Source: Lama glama
Lineage: Eukaryota
Reading direction: 5' to 3'
DNA length: 64,000 bases
NCBI GenBank assembly: GCA_028534125.1
Contig: CM052818.1
Span: 19,036,001-19,100,000 of the forward strand
Below the pieces are notes generated by a model. It searched no databases and was not told where the DNA came from. It was given only the letters and a program-made list of their open reading frames with translations. Both the position numbers and the translations under genes were made by a program. Below are positions 49,560-62,935 of this stretch, piece after piece; within the stretch, counting starts at the first letter, position 1; every line of letters begins with the position of its first letter.

Positions 49560-50332
49560 TGACAAGGATTCTTTCTATGACCAAACTTTAGTCAGGCTCC
49601 TGAACAGGAGGGAAGGGAGCAGGGCCCAACCAGGAAAAGAATGACACAGCAATTGAGGACAGGTTAACTAGTTGGCTGCTCTCATTTTCCAAGATGACCC
49701 CATCTCCCGGGGCCTCTCTTGCTTTCTGAGACAGCCTGCACTCTTGTCTGTGGGATGTGTATCTCCCTGAATAAACTTGCTTTCACTCTACTATGGCTTG
49801 CTCTTGAATTCTTTCCTGCACGAAGCCAAGGACCCTCACTTGGCAAGGTGCGTCCCAGGGACTCGCCCAAGACCTGGGACATGACCATCCTCTCGCGCCC
49901 CATTTTCCTGCAACAAACCATCTTAGAAGTCCATCTGTGCATTTCCTAGCAAAATCCAATTTTAGCTGTCAGTTTAATCAGAACCCCTACTTTGATATCT
50001 GATCACCCTCAAGATCTAGTCAGGGTCCTCATCCTCCACCATCTCCCAGGTGATGTGTGATCAGCCCAGCCTGCCTTCAGCAAGAGTACTTTTAAGTCTG
50101 TTTAGCCAGAATCTCCCTTACCTCTGAGGTTTCCTCTTAGTAACTTTCCACTGACCACCTCCCCCTGCCCTTGGCAACATGCTCCTTGGCTATAAATTCC
50201 TGACTGCCTATGCTGTACTCAGAACTGAGCCCAACTTTACACTGAGGTCTCTTTTCCCCTATTGCAACAGCCCTAAATAAAAATCTGTTTCCATTGCTTT
50301 AACTACTGTCCAGTTCTGCTTTTTCTTTGACA
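49560..50332 (+). mobile_element. MER31/MER67-like LTR with a younger LTR nested at ~49601-49915
   Basis: Host starts TGACAAGG..TGACCAAACTTTAGTCAGGCTCC and ends TTCTTTGACA. The insert runs TGAACAGGAGGGAAGG...CCTGCAACA, has its own AATAAA and retains CpGs. Confidence 0.75.
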
Positions 50333-51478
50333 GGATTAAATGAAGTTATGAGCCAAGGGCTCTAAGCTCCCCTAAACAGAGGTTCAATTTATACATCCTC
50401 TGTCCATCTTAAAAGTGCTGGCCCTACCCCGTGCCAACCACAGAACCTGACCCCTCTCCTTAGCTTATTTTAATACAAAGGCAAAAATGAAGGCTTTTTT
50501 TAAAGGCTGTTTTTGCTCCCAGAAAACTTCACTGAAGTACTGAAAGGGATGGATGCCATTTATACAAAAACAACTTAAATTTAAGTTGTTTAAGAGTAAA
50601 TTTAAGTGCTTAAGAGGAAAAGCCCCAATGGCGTACCTACCGGACTGGCTCCTGCCATGTCATTGGGTCTCTATCCTTTCCTTTTCGTAAGCAAATGCCA
50701 TGTCTTGTGAAAAGTAATCCAGCCCTCATTTCCTTCCATTCCGCCCTTCCAGATCCTGCCCAGGAGCCTGTCTTCTTACAGCCAAATGGCCCCTGACACC
50801 TCCTTGTAGGAGCTCACTGCTGGCAGGAGAGACTAATGGACAAGAAACATCCTTTAATGTGTTCTAATGGGGGCACAGAACACGTTGCCTGGGAGCGCAG
50901 AGGAGGGAGCCCCAAATTCAGTCTGGCTTCTCGTAGATGGGGTCACTTGACCTGAGTCTTAAAGAATGAATCATTATTCCAGGCAAAGAAAGGAACAGAA
51001 AACACATTTGATGTAGAGAATGGTCATTATTATTTGGGGTTGGGACTCCAGGGTCTGTGTGTATATGTTGGGGAGAGGAAGGTAGAGGTAAGACTAGAAA
51101 TACAGAGCATGACAAGATGGTCAGCCATCCTTCTAGTGTTTGTTTCTTCTTTACACCAATTTATACCACAAAAGCTGAGTCCTAGGCAGGATGTGGAGCT
51201 AAATTTGTCTTCCTTTAAGAAACCTCCAGGACTCCCTGCTCTCCAGCGCTCTCCTCCCTGGGCAGTGCTCCACCCTGGCTGCACATTGGGATCCCCAGGT
51301 TCTATTCCAGGGTCCCTCGTGATTCATCAGAGGTGATGTGTAGCCACTGCTGGAGAGGGTCCCCATTCCTACTGTCATCTGGTAAGGACTTCTTTTGCTG
51401 CTGGGTGTCTGTCTGTCTTTTCTCACTAGACTACATCACTTCCAGGGCAGGTTTGATGTTTCATTTACTTTTGAAACT

Positions 51479-52037
51479 ATTGGGAAGAAAGACATTTTCC
51501 TCTACCCTTCCTGGTTCTTTTGGCTGGTCTAAGAATTAACTTGACATAAGACAGATTAACAGGAGAAAATCAGACAAAATCTCAATAACATGTACACGTG
51601 GAAGAGACCTAGGAAAACCAAGTGACTCGCCAAAATAGCTGAAACCCTCACCCTAAATAGCATCTTCAGCTAAAGACAAAAGAAGGCGTTGGGGGTAGTA
51701 GTTTGGGACCTCAAAGAGGAGGAAGGCAACTGACATGCAGATGGAAAAGCAAGTGTTCGGTAAACAAATGTTTGCTGGGCCAGGCAGACACAAGGGGACA
51801 CGGAGAGGAATTTTAACAGATTGTGCTAGGTTCCGCCCCGTCTACACACCCAGCTCACACCATAGTCATCTATGGTGGCAGCTTCCTTCCTGCAGCAGGC
51901 GCTCTAGCTACATTCTTTAGGCAGCTAGGGGGAAGGTCAAAGTTCTTCCTGAGTCTTTTGGGACAAAGATGATCCACCTACATTAATCCTCATGCCACGG
52001 AGACACATTTTGGGATGGCAAATTTTGTTCCCCTACG
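51479..52037 (-). mobile_element. MER34-like ERV1 solo LTR
   Basis: TTTTCCTCTACCCTTC..TTGACATAAGACAGATTAACAGGAGAAAA, shared with 6933-7476 and 42262-42746. Confidence 0.75.
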
Positions 52038-53044
52038 AACCCCATCTCCACTCCCAAAGCCTAGTCACTGGTTTGGTCTTACAGACTTTTGGTGCCAGAA
52101 GAGAACTTAGGGGTGATCAAATGCAAAGCTCTCACTTTGCAGGGGAAACTGAGGCACAGAAAAGTTCAACAATGTGTTAGTGGTCCCTAGTGGTTCCTCC
52201 CCAACATTTGCTCCCAGGCCTTATCAATTTTTAAGACCACAGTAACCCTTCTGGGAGCCTGAGGCAGAGCTATTGTTCCCTTAGGGGACAAACCATGGCA
52301 GTGTCGCAAAGCCATGCCTTTCCTTGCACTGTTTCCTTGTTTCTGCCTTTGAATTTAATGACATTCCTCTTGAAAATTACAATGTACCTCAGGTGTGCTG
52401 GGGTTGGGGGTTCACCTTATGGCCAGAGCCTTTAGGGAAACCAGGCCCCCTGTGAGCGGGGTGTCATGGTGGCAGCAGTGGTCAAAGAGGGACCCTTGAG
52501 GGAAAGGTGGAACTCAAGGTGCCAGAGGCAGGACATCTCAGCTGGCTAGAGGTCCCACCTAGGGAGTCTCTGTCACGGCATCTCTTCCCAGCCTTCCAGT
52601 GTCAGAGCCACATCAGGTCCCTCCCTATTTGTGCTAAGGTCTTCTCTCATCTTCTGAACTGGGGCCCCATGGCCGGATACAAAATCCTGCAGACCTGGAG
52701 TCTACCTCCTTGCTCCTGCCTCCCCTTTCTGCACACTTTCCCTCTCCCTGGCTTTTCCATCCAGACACACCAGGTACTCAGCACCTCTGGGACGGCCCTG
52801 CTATAAGCAGCCTCACTTCAGAGAGGAGTGCACCTCTCTGGAGGTATGTGCATGCTTCAACTTAGCTGGAACTGAAGAGGTGGCTGGTGCTCTTAAAATC
52901 CTCCTTATAAGTGGCTTCTTTTATATATACATTCTTTTTCATATTCTTTACAAGTGGCTTCTAATGCAGCCCTTCTCAACCTGGCTGCACAGAAGACTCA
53001 CTAACCACCTCCAATTCAATGAGAATCTCTGGTCCTAAGTATTG

Positions 53045-53524
53045 TTTGTTTGTTTTAATATTGGTTGTTTTTAATTATATATGTTTCAAGTGTACAACAC
53101 AGTGACTTACAATTTTGAAAGATTATACCCCATTTATAGCCATTATAAAATATTGGTTATATTCCCTGTGCTGTACAATATGTCCTTGTAGCTTTTGTAT
53201 AGACAGGTTTGTAACTCCTACCCCTACCTTGCCCCTCCTCCTTCCCTCTCCCCACTGGTAACCACTAGTTTGTTCTCTAAATATGTGAGTCTGTTTCTTT
53301 TTTGTTATATTCACTAAATTTGTTTTATTTTTTAGATTCCACATATAAGTGATAACATACCACATTAGTCTTTGTCTGACTTATTTCACTTAGCATAATG
53401 CCCTCCAAGTCCATCTGTGTTGTTGCAAGTGGAAAATTTTCATTCTTTTTTATGGCTGAGTAATATTCCATTGTGTGTGTGTACACACATACATATATAC
53501 ACACACTTGTATATATATATACAC

Positions 53525-53571
<47 letters not shown>

Positions 53572-53611
53572 CCACATCTTCTTTATCCATTCATCTGCTG
53601 ATGGACACTTA
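53045..53611 (-). mobile_element. LINE-1 3' end inserted into a MER5-like element (~52967-53040 and ~53612-53685)
   Basis: Peptide remnant MEYYSAIKKNENFPLATTQMDLEGIMLSEISQTK on the minus strand. Confidence 0.88.
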
Positions 53612-56600
53612 GGTCCAGGCAGCAGTATTTTATAAAAGTTCCCCAAGTGACTCTAATGCACTGCCAGGGTGCAAAACCATTGCTTTGAAACCTGGTACCA
53701 GATCTGCTGAATCCAAGTTAATATTCCCATTAAAGTTCTAGGTGCCATGTTACTATCACTTGTGTCAGCATCCTGCTGCAGTGGCCAGAGCACTGGACCA
53801 CTCCCCTCTCTGCCCTTCATGCTCGGCAGTTCACTGCCTCCTCTCTGCTCCTGGATTTCCTTATCTGTAATAAGTAGGGGTTGGTCAAAGTCACCACCAC
53901 CACCTCTTTTGGAGGCTAAGATGTGCAGCCTTAGTTGGGCCCCTGTGGGCTCTGCCCGCTGAGCCTCTACATCTGCACAGTGGAGCACAGGCTCACCTCA
54001 CTCATGCTGTGCCCAGAGAGCTCCCCATGGTGCAGAAGCTGAGCCTCTGAGAGGAACCATCACCCGCTAAGCAGCAGCCCGCCTGGTAGATGTTCCTCAT
54101 GCTGCATCTCCCTTTCACATCCTATTTTCCTAATGCAGGTCTTTGTTTTCCAAAGGACAAAGAAACATAGCATTATTTTCACAGTTAAAAGGGTTCAAAA
54201 GCTTCCCCTTACGGAAGCTTAAGGGGCTGGGTTTCAAACAACTGTGGGGGTGTGCCCCAGGCGCCACCTACCATTAGCACCATTGGAAAGACTGACAAGA
54301 AGATGAGGTGTCAGCCAGTAAGGCCCTAATGGTATGGTGACTGTGAGCAATAAGCTGTAAGTCTGCAGAGATCTCTATACACAGATTCCAGTAGCCCTGA
54401 TTCAATCAAGCCCCGTACCCAGCATCCCTCAGTAAGTAAGACATGTATATAGTAACCCAGACCCCAAGACTGCTGTGCAAATGGTGGTGGACACTCACCC
54501 TTCTACTGTCCTTCATCTGACCCATCCTCCTTAGGACTGAGGATCCCCCTGTTAGGCTTTATGGGAGTGGCTGGCTTCCCCCTGCAGAAGTTGAAATGGC
54601 CACTCACTTCCCCCCACCCCTACGGTGGTCAGGGTGTGGGCTGTGCCCCCAGTTCACTCATTAGGCATCTGGTACAGAAATGGAGCGCTCATCCTGGAGG
54701 GACTTAAAAGGCAGCACAGAGGCCACCCCCAGTGGCCCCACCATGGTGGCTGAGGAGGGCAACGGGGACAATAATTTGTGGTAACAGGTCACCTCTGCTT
54801 CTGATGGCCTGTGTCCAGCTGAGCAGTGGCTGTGCTGCCTGTGGTGACATCTACTGTCTGAGGCCATGGGTCCTCACCTCCTCTTCCCTGGGCAGTGATC
54901 TGAGCTTCTGGCTACCTTATCTTCCGTTGGTTCCCACCTGACTTCTGAGCTGCCTGCTTCAAATTTGAGACAATTCTGTGAGCTCCTACCCAAAATATTC
55001 ACTAGATTCTTTTTCTGCTTAAATCCGCTGTTACTAAGAAGCTGGCTGAATCACACATTAACTGAGAAAGCGTACGAGAAAGCACTTTGTAAAGTATAAA
55101 GTACAGGAAAATGTTAGCTGTCGGTATTCAAGGCCTCAGGGCAGAAACCTGGCCCTCACCTGGCCCCGGCATCTCCCCATAACCCTCCTCTGCCCTTGGC
55201 GTCTGCAGGGCCAGATCCAACAAATCTGCCTGCCCGCGGCCCACCCTACCCCAGCAGGCCAGGTAATTCCAAAATGGAAGATGTTCCCTTAACCTGATCT
55301 TTCTGTCAAAGAGCCAAGGCCAGAAGACTGGAAATGAGCACACCAGCGGAAAGGGTGAAATGGGGTGCATGCTATTTCATAGCCACTGTCATTATTAATA
55401 AATCGGGTGGATTGCTGTTGGGGCACAGCTTGCAGTGAGCTCTGGAACATATCTTCCCATCTCATCCTCAAGTCTGGGAAAGAGGGAGTGACAGGGATTA
55501 AGGTACCCACTAGCCCAGAGAGGGTGAGTGGCTTGCCAAGGTCACACAGAGCAGAGCTAGAGGTGGCAGGGGCCTACAGTCTCTGGCCCCTGTCCACCCT
55601 GATGGGCCTGGACACAGACCGTGCCTAGAGGCGAGGGAGGCTTCAGCATGCAGCACATTTCCACCTGCAGGGCACTCGCCAGTCTTAAAATAAACCAGCC
55701 AGGCCCTGGGAGACTGTGCCATTCAGTCCAGGGCCTGCGAGTCCAGAAGGTTTGTGATGGAGGGAGGGGGAGCCTGGCAACTTCTAGCAATTTACACTAG
55801 AGATTTATTCCCATCCATGTGGGACATGATGCACATGCAAAGTTATCTATGGCAGCGTGTTTAGAGCAGCAGGAAACATGGGGAATAGCCCGTGTGTCTA
55901 TCAGCAGGGCACAGGGTAGTACCCTGCACTGCTTCCACACACTGCATACTTCTGCCCCTTAAAAAAATGTGTGCAGGCTCTCCATGACTGATATGGAGCG
56001 ATTCCCAGAATGTACTGCAAGGTGAAAATAGCAAGTTACAAAAGTAGGTACAGTAGTTACCAATTATGCAGTAAAGGGAAAAAGAAAATCTCTGACTAGT
56101 CATGCATCTCTGGAGAACACATAAGACTGACACATCAGTGGCTTCTGGAGGGGTGAACTGGGTGGCTGGGAGACAGTGGTGGGAGGGAGAATCCTGGCAG
56201 AGTATCCTTTTGTTCTTTTTGAATCTGAAACCATGAGAATGTATTACCTATTCAAAAGAATGTAAGTGCACATGATAGTTTTTTGTTGTCATTGTTGCAT
56301 AGGCTTTAAAAAAGCAAAAGAACTAAAACGAATGGATGTCAGATGGTCAGGTTTCAGCCATCAGTATCAATGAGGGGGATATTTGGGAAACCGGAAACCC
56401 TCCCAGACCTGCAGTGGCTGTCTTGTTTGTGAGTGGAAGGTAAAGAGAGAGCCCCTTCCAGGCTGGGCCAGAACCACCAGTAGGGCACTCAATGGATCTC
56501 CACCCTGGGCCCCAGAGGAAGGACTCCAACAGCCCCATGGGAAGTAGGAGGTGGTTTGGGAGCCCCCCTTCCAGGCGGGGGTGGTGCAGGTGTGACTCTC

Positions 56601-56888
56601 TCCTGTTTGCACAGTTGCACAGGCATGGCTACTGCCCTGTGCGGAGCAGGGTTACCAGGAAGACACTGTGTCAGAAAGCATTTCCCAGGGGAAATCACTA
56701 GACCTGATATGTCATCAAGAGGGCTCTATCCTCTTCAGTTAAGGTGTTGTCTTGTCCCAAGCTCTGCTTTCAAAGTATACACCCCTCAGCTGTGGGTCAA
56801 GGGGCATCCCACACACTGTCCCTACCAGTAGTTTATCAAACCTTCTCACCTGGGCAGGAGGAGCCCAGGTGACCTGGTATTTTCTGCA

Positions 56889-57320
56889 GTGGGTTTAATA
56901 GTTGTCCCCCTACAAAAGATTTGTCCCCTGGAACCTCAGAATGTGATCTTATTTCTAAAGAGGGTCTCTGCAGATGTAATTAAGGTAAAAATAGAAAGAT
57001 GTGATCATCCTGGATTGGGGGGCCCTAAATCCAATGATGAAATGACGAGTGTCCTTATAAGAGAGAGAAGAGAGGACAGAGGCAGTGGGGGGAAAGCCAC
57101 ATGAGGGTGGAGGCAGAGACGGATGCACGTACATGCCAGGAAGCATCAGGGCTTCGGAGCCCATGGAACCTAGAGACAGGCATGGAGCGACCGGAAGGGA
57201 CCAACCCTGCTGACACCTTGATTTTGGGCTTCTGACCTCCACAACAGTGAGGAAGTCCCTTTCTGTTGTTGTTAGCCATTCAGTATTTTGTTACGGCAGC
57301 CCTCGGAAAGGAAGACAGCC
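56889..57320 (+). mobile_element. MLT1C/D-like MaLR LTR
   Basis: GGAACCTCAGAATGTGATCTTATTT ... CCCTGCTGACACCTTGATTTTGGGCTTCTG ... TTTGTTACGGCAGCCC. Confidence 0.82.
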
Positions 57321-59380
57321 TGAGATCTTTAATGAGGATGAGGAGTGGGCTTGAGGTCCCAAGGGTCACCTCAAGGACTTTGCAAATTAAGGGTGGCTGG
57401 CCTTGCTGCTGTGTGACCCTAAGAAAAGAGAACAGGGTGGCCCATTTGAAGACAAACATCCAGGGAAGGCTGGGCGCCCTTCTGGTCTGGGGCACGCCAT
57501 TCGCAGCTCCCTGGGGCAGAAGCATTCCCTGCAGTGGGCGTTCTTCTCTAAGGGGAAGGTGTGCCTGCCTGTCGCTAGGAAACAGGGAGCTGGGCCTGTG
57601 GGCTCCCAGCCTGGAGTGAAGGCAGATGGTGACAAGACTAAATAGTGCCTTTCATTTCAACATAGGAAATGTTTTCAATTCTCCTCTCTTCATGTCTCTA
57701 AAAAAAGGCAAGTGGTGGAAACGTCCCGCTGGAAATTTATTAACAAAAGCCCAGGCAGCCCCAAAAAAGCAGACTTTTCCCCCGCCACATGTCTCTCCAA
57801 CCAACCCGCAGGCACTTGAGAGTGAGGTTTCTGCCCTATCACCCCCACCTTCCAGGCACCACGCTGAACCTCAATCTTCCCAGTTACTCGAAAAGGTAGG
57901 TTCTATTGCTATCCCATTTCACAGATGAAAAGGTTGAGCCCAGTGGAATGAGAGTAACCAGTTGCTAAGTTGTGAAGCTGGATACTTAACAGGCAATAGC
58001 TCTATCCTTCGTTATACGGCCCTGAGCGATGATGTTGGTGCAAGTACTTGGAAATGACAATACAAATCCAGAATCGCCTTATTACTAATACAGTGAGGAT
58101 AAGTAACTACTGGCCTGTGCATAAAATAAGCATAGCTAAGAAGAAAACAGCAAATTAATTGGGGGCAAGGAACTAAGTGGACCAGGAGAGATTAGATAGA
58201 CATGGAGGTGAAGATACTACGGGTTAGAGTCAGCTGGCTGGACCTGTGGGACTTCAGACTCCACAAGACCCAGTCTCTCATGCTGCTCAGCCATGAGTGG
58301 TAGCTGGCAGGGGCTGGCCAGGGCAAAAGCCAGCCCCTGGCACAGTCTCCTGACTGCTGTGTGCTTAGAGTAGGGTAAAGGAAAAGGGGAAGATTGCAGA
58401 CTTCCTAGGGCCCATGGAGTCAAGTGCTCAGAGGTCAGATGGGTAACTGGGAGAACACTGGGGCGCAGACAAAGAGAGAAGAGAGACGTGTTGGGCTTTA
58501 AATCTGTCAGGCTGGAAAGGATAGGGAATGGGTTGTTGAACAGACATGGCCCCAAATAGTCCCTAATCTTTTCCCAACCCTCCATTCCTCCGACCTAAAA
58601 TAAATACTGCTCACCAAGTGGATTGCTTCTACAACAGTAATCCTTTTGGTATCTACAACTTCTATTAAAGTAGTTTCAAATCCATGATATCACATGATGC
58701 TCAAGTCAGTCCTGGTGGATGGGTGGAGCAAGTGCTAACATCACCACCACCCCCATTTTGTACAAGGAGACAGTGAGGTCCAGACCCACCTCCTTACTTC
58801 ATCCTCCATTTCCCAGGCTTTCTGGGTAGTGTTGATTCTTCCTTTGTAACAATACTTAAAACTCTGCCTCCTTTTCTTCTCCTAATGCCAATATTTTAAT
58901 TCAGGTTCTCACCAAGTCAAGGCTCATGTATCTGCCTTAGTCTCTTCCCAGACCAAGCCATCCTACATGTTGCTCCTCAGTGGTGAGGAGCTTCCTGAAG
59001 CTCTGTTTCAGCACAGTCAGTCATCACAGTACTCAACATTGTTTCTTATTAGCAACCTTCCCAAGCCGCTTTAATTCAATGCACCCAACTACTTCGTCTT
59101 ATTACCTCTACTTTGCCAGACACAGTCTCTACTCCAGCCAGACCACTGTCCTCTCTGATTTACAAATACATGATTCTCATTCCTTGCCACAGTGCCTTTG
59201 CTCACACTGTGCTCCCACTTGGCCTGCCTTTCTTCCACTCTTGGACAACTGTCCAGTGGCTAGTCATTCGTCAGGATACAGAGAAAATCAACCCCTTTCA
59301 TCAAACCAATCTTAATTATCCCAGAGATTGTTCCCTTCTCTGAATTCACACTTATCTGCAGGGAACTACACTTCAGCACT

Positions 59381-59893
59381 TGGTAGCTGGCCTCTACGAT
59401 GACCCCCAAAGATCCTTACCTCCTGGTATTCATGGCCTCAGGTAGTCTTCTCCCTACATGGGTAGAGCTTACCTGTGTCACCAGTAGGATGTGGCAGAAG
59501 TGACAGTGTGAATTCCAAGGCTAGGTCATAGAAGACAGTGTGACTTCAGGTTTGTGCTCTCTCGGATTGCCCACTCTGGAGGAATTTAACCATCATGTCA
59601 AGGTCAGGAGGATGCGTAAGCAGCCCTATGAAAAGATTCATGAAGTGATGAGCTGAGGTTCCTAGGCAACAACCAGTACTAATGGCAGGCATGTGAGTGA
59701 GCCGGCTTGGAAGTGGATCTTCCTGTCCCAGTCAAGCCTTCAGATGACTGTCTCATGAGAGACCCAGAGCCAGAACCACCCGCTAAACAGCTTCCAAATA
59801 CTTGACCTACTGAAGCAGTGTGAGCTAATAGATATGTATTGTTTTAAGCTGCTAGGTTTTGGGGTAATTTTTCTTCAGTAGATGATAATACAG
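59381..59893 (+). mobile_element. MLT1F-like MaLR LTR
   Basis: CCAAGGCTAGGTCATA, CCAGTCAAGCCTTCAGATGACTG and TTTTAAGCTGCTAGGTTTTGGGGTAATTT. Confidence 0.8.
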
Positions 59894-60029
59894 ATGTCTT
59901 GTTCATGAAGTATCTTCTCAAGTCTATTAAAATGCAGGGACTATGCTTTGTACCTCCTCTTTGCATATCCCACAACTCTCGCCGCAAAGATGGACACTTT
60001 AGAACAAGCACAGCATGAAAATGTACTTG

Positions 60030-60790
60030 CTTGTTCATTCATTCATTCAACAAATATTTATTGAGTACCAATGTGCTAGGTACTGTGTGTGCCAAAAGGG
60101 ACAAAACAGATCAGCTTTCTACCTGGAGGAGCTTATGATTCAATCATTAAATAATCACAAGAAAATATGCAATTACTACATACATGCTATGAATACAAAG
60201 TAAAGGTAAAAATGGACAGGGAGTCCACATTTATATCGGGGGCGGGGAGTGGTCAGGGAAGACTTCTTTATGGAAGTGGTATTTAAATAGAAGCCTAAAG
60301 GATAAAGAGCAATCACTCAGGCAACAGGTAAGAAAGTAAGAAAAGGCATTCCTGGTGTGTGTGTCCTCGGGGCAGACAGACTCTGGTAGGAGGCAGAGTG
60401 AGGCAGGGGGACATTGGCATGGGATAAGGTCGATGAGGAAGCCTGGGGCTAGTCATTGGGAGTCTTACGAATCATGTTAGGTAGCTTGGATTTTATTTTA
60501 AGTGCACTGGGAAGTCACTGGAGGGGCTAAAAGCAGAGGATCCATGTCCTCTGAGACATTATGAGGATAGAGTTTCCGAGATGGTTAGGAACAGTGTAAT
60601 GACAATGGTCAGTGGCTCCTGCCATCGTCCTGCAGGGAGATGACAGTGGCTAGGATAGTGGCAGAGGGGGATGAAGGGAAATGGACAGTTCCACGAGATA
60701 CTTTGAAAGCAGAATGGACATGAAGTGAAAGGGGGATGGAAGAGAGAGGAAAAGGCAGGTGTTAGGACTTTCTGGTTGATTGATTGTTAA
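60030..60790. mobile_element. L2 3' region
   Basis: CATTCATTCATTCAACAAATATTTATTGAGTACC terminus and GGTCAGGGAAGACTTC. Confidence 0.75.
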
Positions 60791-61384
60791 CAAAGCAGAA
60801 TCCTTCAGCTGACCTTCCACAGAGGCTGCCTTGCCCAGAGCTCTTTCCTTCTTGGAATAAAATGGGATCCACCTATTAGATCTGCCCAGCGGTTGTGCCA
60901 GATCTGTGTATCCCACAAGGCAGGTAACGACGTACATTTTTGTTCACTGCTGTATGGCCAGGGCCTAGCCCAGTGTCTGATGCAGAATAGGTGCTCGATT
61001 AATATTGGACGAATGAATATACACTGAAGAAATGAATAAATGACTGCCTATCGGAACTCCTCGAACTCCTCCCTCCAGGTCTTTCCCTTTGACCCTGCTC
61101 TGGATATTTAATTCATCCCCAAAAAGCTCCCGCCAGGCCCTGAACTCTGAGCCCTGAGCCCTTCAGGCTGGCTTGGGGCAGGTGGGAGAATTCAAGAGCC
61201 AGAAAGGGCACAAACCCCAGTCTGTTGATCTTACCTGGTGTCCCTTCCAGTCCTAGACCTCTCCCCTGGTCCTGGCTCTGTCCCCAGCCCTTTGCCGTGA
61301 ACCTCAGAGGGTCCTGGTTCACATCCTGAGACCTGTTCTCACCAGCTCTGCTCAGCTCTTTACCAAACAGGAAGCAGAGCCTCT

Positions 61385-61570
61385 AGAGTTCCGGTTCTTA
61401 GAGCTTATTGTAGATCAGAATCACCTGGGAGCTGGTTAAAAGTACAGCGTCCTGGGGCCCGCACCCAGATAATCTGATCCACTTGGTTCTGAGGCCCAGG
61501 AAAATGCATTTTTAACAAGTTCTCCAAAGGTCACAGGTGGTTCCTGGATGACACTGTGGGAAGCTCTGCT
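61385..61570. mobile_element. MER5A-like DNA transposon
   Basis: ATCAGAATCACCTGGGAGCTGGTTAAA...TGCATTTTTAACAAGTTCTCC. Confidence 0.75.
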
Positions 61571-62582
61571 GTAGAGTTTTGGAGCTTGGGTGATGCCCGG
61601 ATCAAACTGGGCCAAGCTAAGTGACCTTAGAAACTTGGCAACAGGTGGGTTGGGAATCAGGCCTTGCCCACGTGTCAGGGTCATTAGAGGACACACCTGA
61701 GCCAGGCTGACCCCAGGGGAACTGCCCACGTTATAGCAAACATTAAAATGCACCCGTACCTCATGCTATATATCTTTGCTCTAGAAAATTTGAAAGGACT
61801 TTATACTTTTTAGCTTTTTAAAATAAATTAGCCCTATTGTTCTTCTTATCTGATCTAAATATATAATAGTATAAATACATGTTTATCATTTATATAACAA
61901 TTGAGCTGCACTATAGGTGACCATTATTGATATTTTCTGGGCGTTTACCTAACATTTACTAATTGCAACTTAGAAATTGTTGTCTCTTGGAACCAATACA
62001 GTTTAAATTCAGGTTTCAAATATTTTCCACAAGCCCTTAAAAACCCAGCAGGCCCAGGGCATGGTGACCATAAAGAGGCATTTCGATACCTAAGGCAGCT
62101 TTTCCAGAACCACCCCGGGGACTGGGCGGGAGGTCTGGGTTGGCACAGGCGTGGGGAGCCTCCATGTTGCTACACAAGCCCTCGGGAGCCATGCTGACAC
62201 TGCTGGGGTGGTGAGCACAGTAGTGCTGGGCTCAGCGTGGCAGCTGTCCACCTGCCACCTGGACACTAAATATAGCCCATACACAGAGCCCTCTCTGCCT
62301 GGAACCTGCAGAGTAGGCTTAATTGGCTGGAATTGCCACAGAGAGCAACTCTGTTAAAAGGAATTGAAAACAAGCTTTGCGCCACAATTCTGCGATGTGG
62401 AGGTTCATAATCAGACAATGGATTTTTCCTGCCAGCAACACAATGTTGCTGAATTTAGTCACCGATAAATCCTTGATCACCTCGGTATTGAAGTCAGTCC
62501 TGCGTAGGTGTCCGGGGAATACGTGCTTTCCCCAGTGACCAGACAAAGTGGGACGGTTCCCCTACAGTGTTCCGTTCCATAG

Positions 62583-62935
62583 TGCTATAGACTCTGCATA
62601 CCCCCCTAAAATTTATATATTGATGCCCTAACCTTCAGGCTTTCTTTGGAGGTTAAATGAGGTCATGAGGGTGGGGCCCCAGTTCAATATGATTACCATC
62701 CTCATCAGAAGAGACACCAGAGCTCTCCCTCTCTGCTCCCCCAGGAAGGCGTCAGTGAGCACACAGCGAGATGGCGGCAGCCTGCAAGCCAAGAGAAGGG
62801 ATCTCAGAATGAAACCTACCTTGCTGGCACTTTGAACTTGGACTTCTCAGCCTCCAGACCTGTGAGGAATAAATGTGTATTGTTCAAGCCATTCAGTCTG
62901 TGGTGTTCTGTTATGGCAGCCTGAGCTAATAAACT
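62583..62935 (+). mobile_element. MLT1A-like MaLR LTR
   Basis: TGCTATAGACT..CCCCCTAAAATTTATATATTGA ... TGTTATGGCAGCCTGAGCTAA. Confidence 0.82.

Noticed and set aside
54258..56490. Further CTCF-like motifs (~54260, ~55661, ~56474)
   Set aside because: Core mismatches or wrong spacing make them too weak to report
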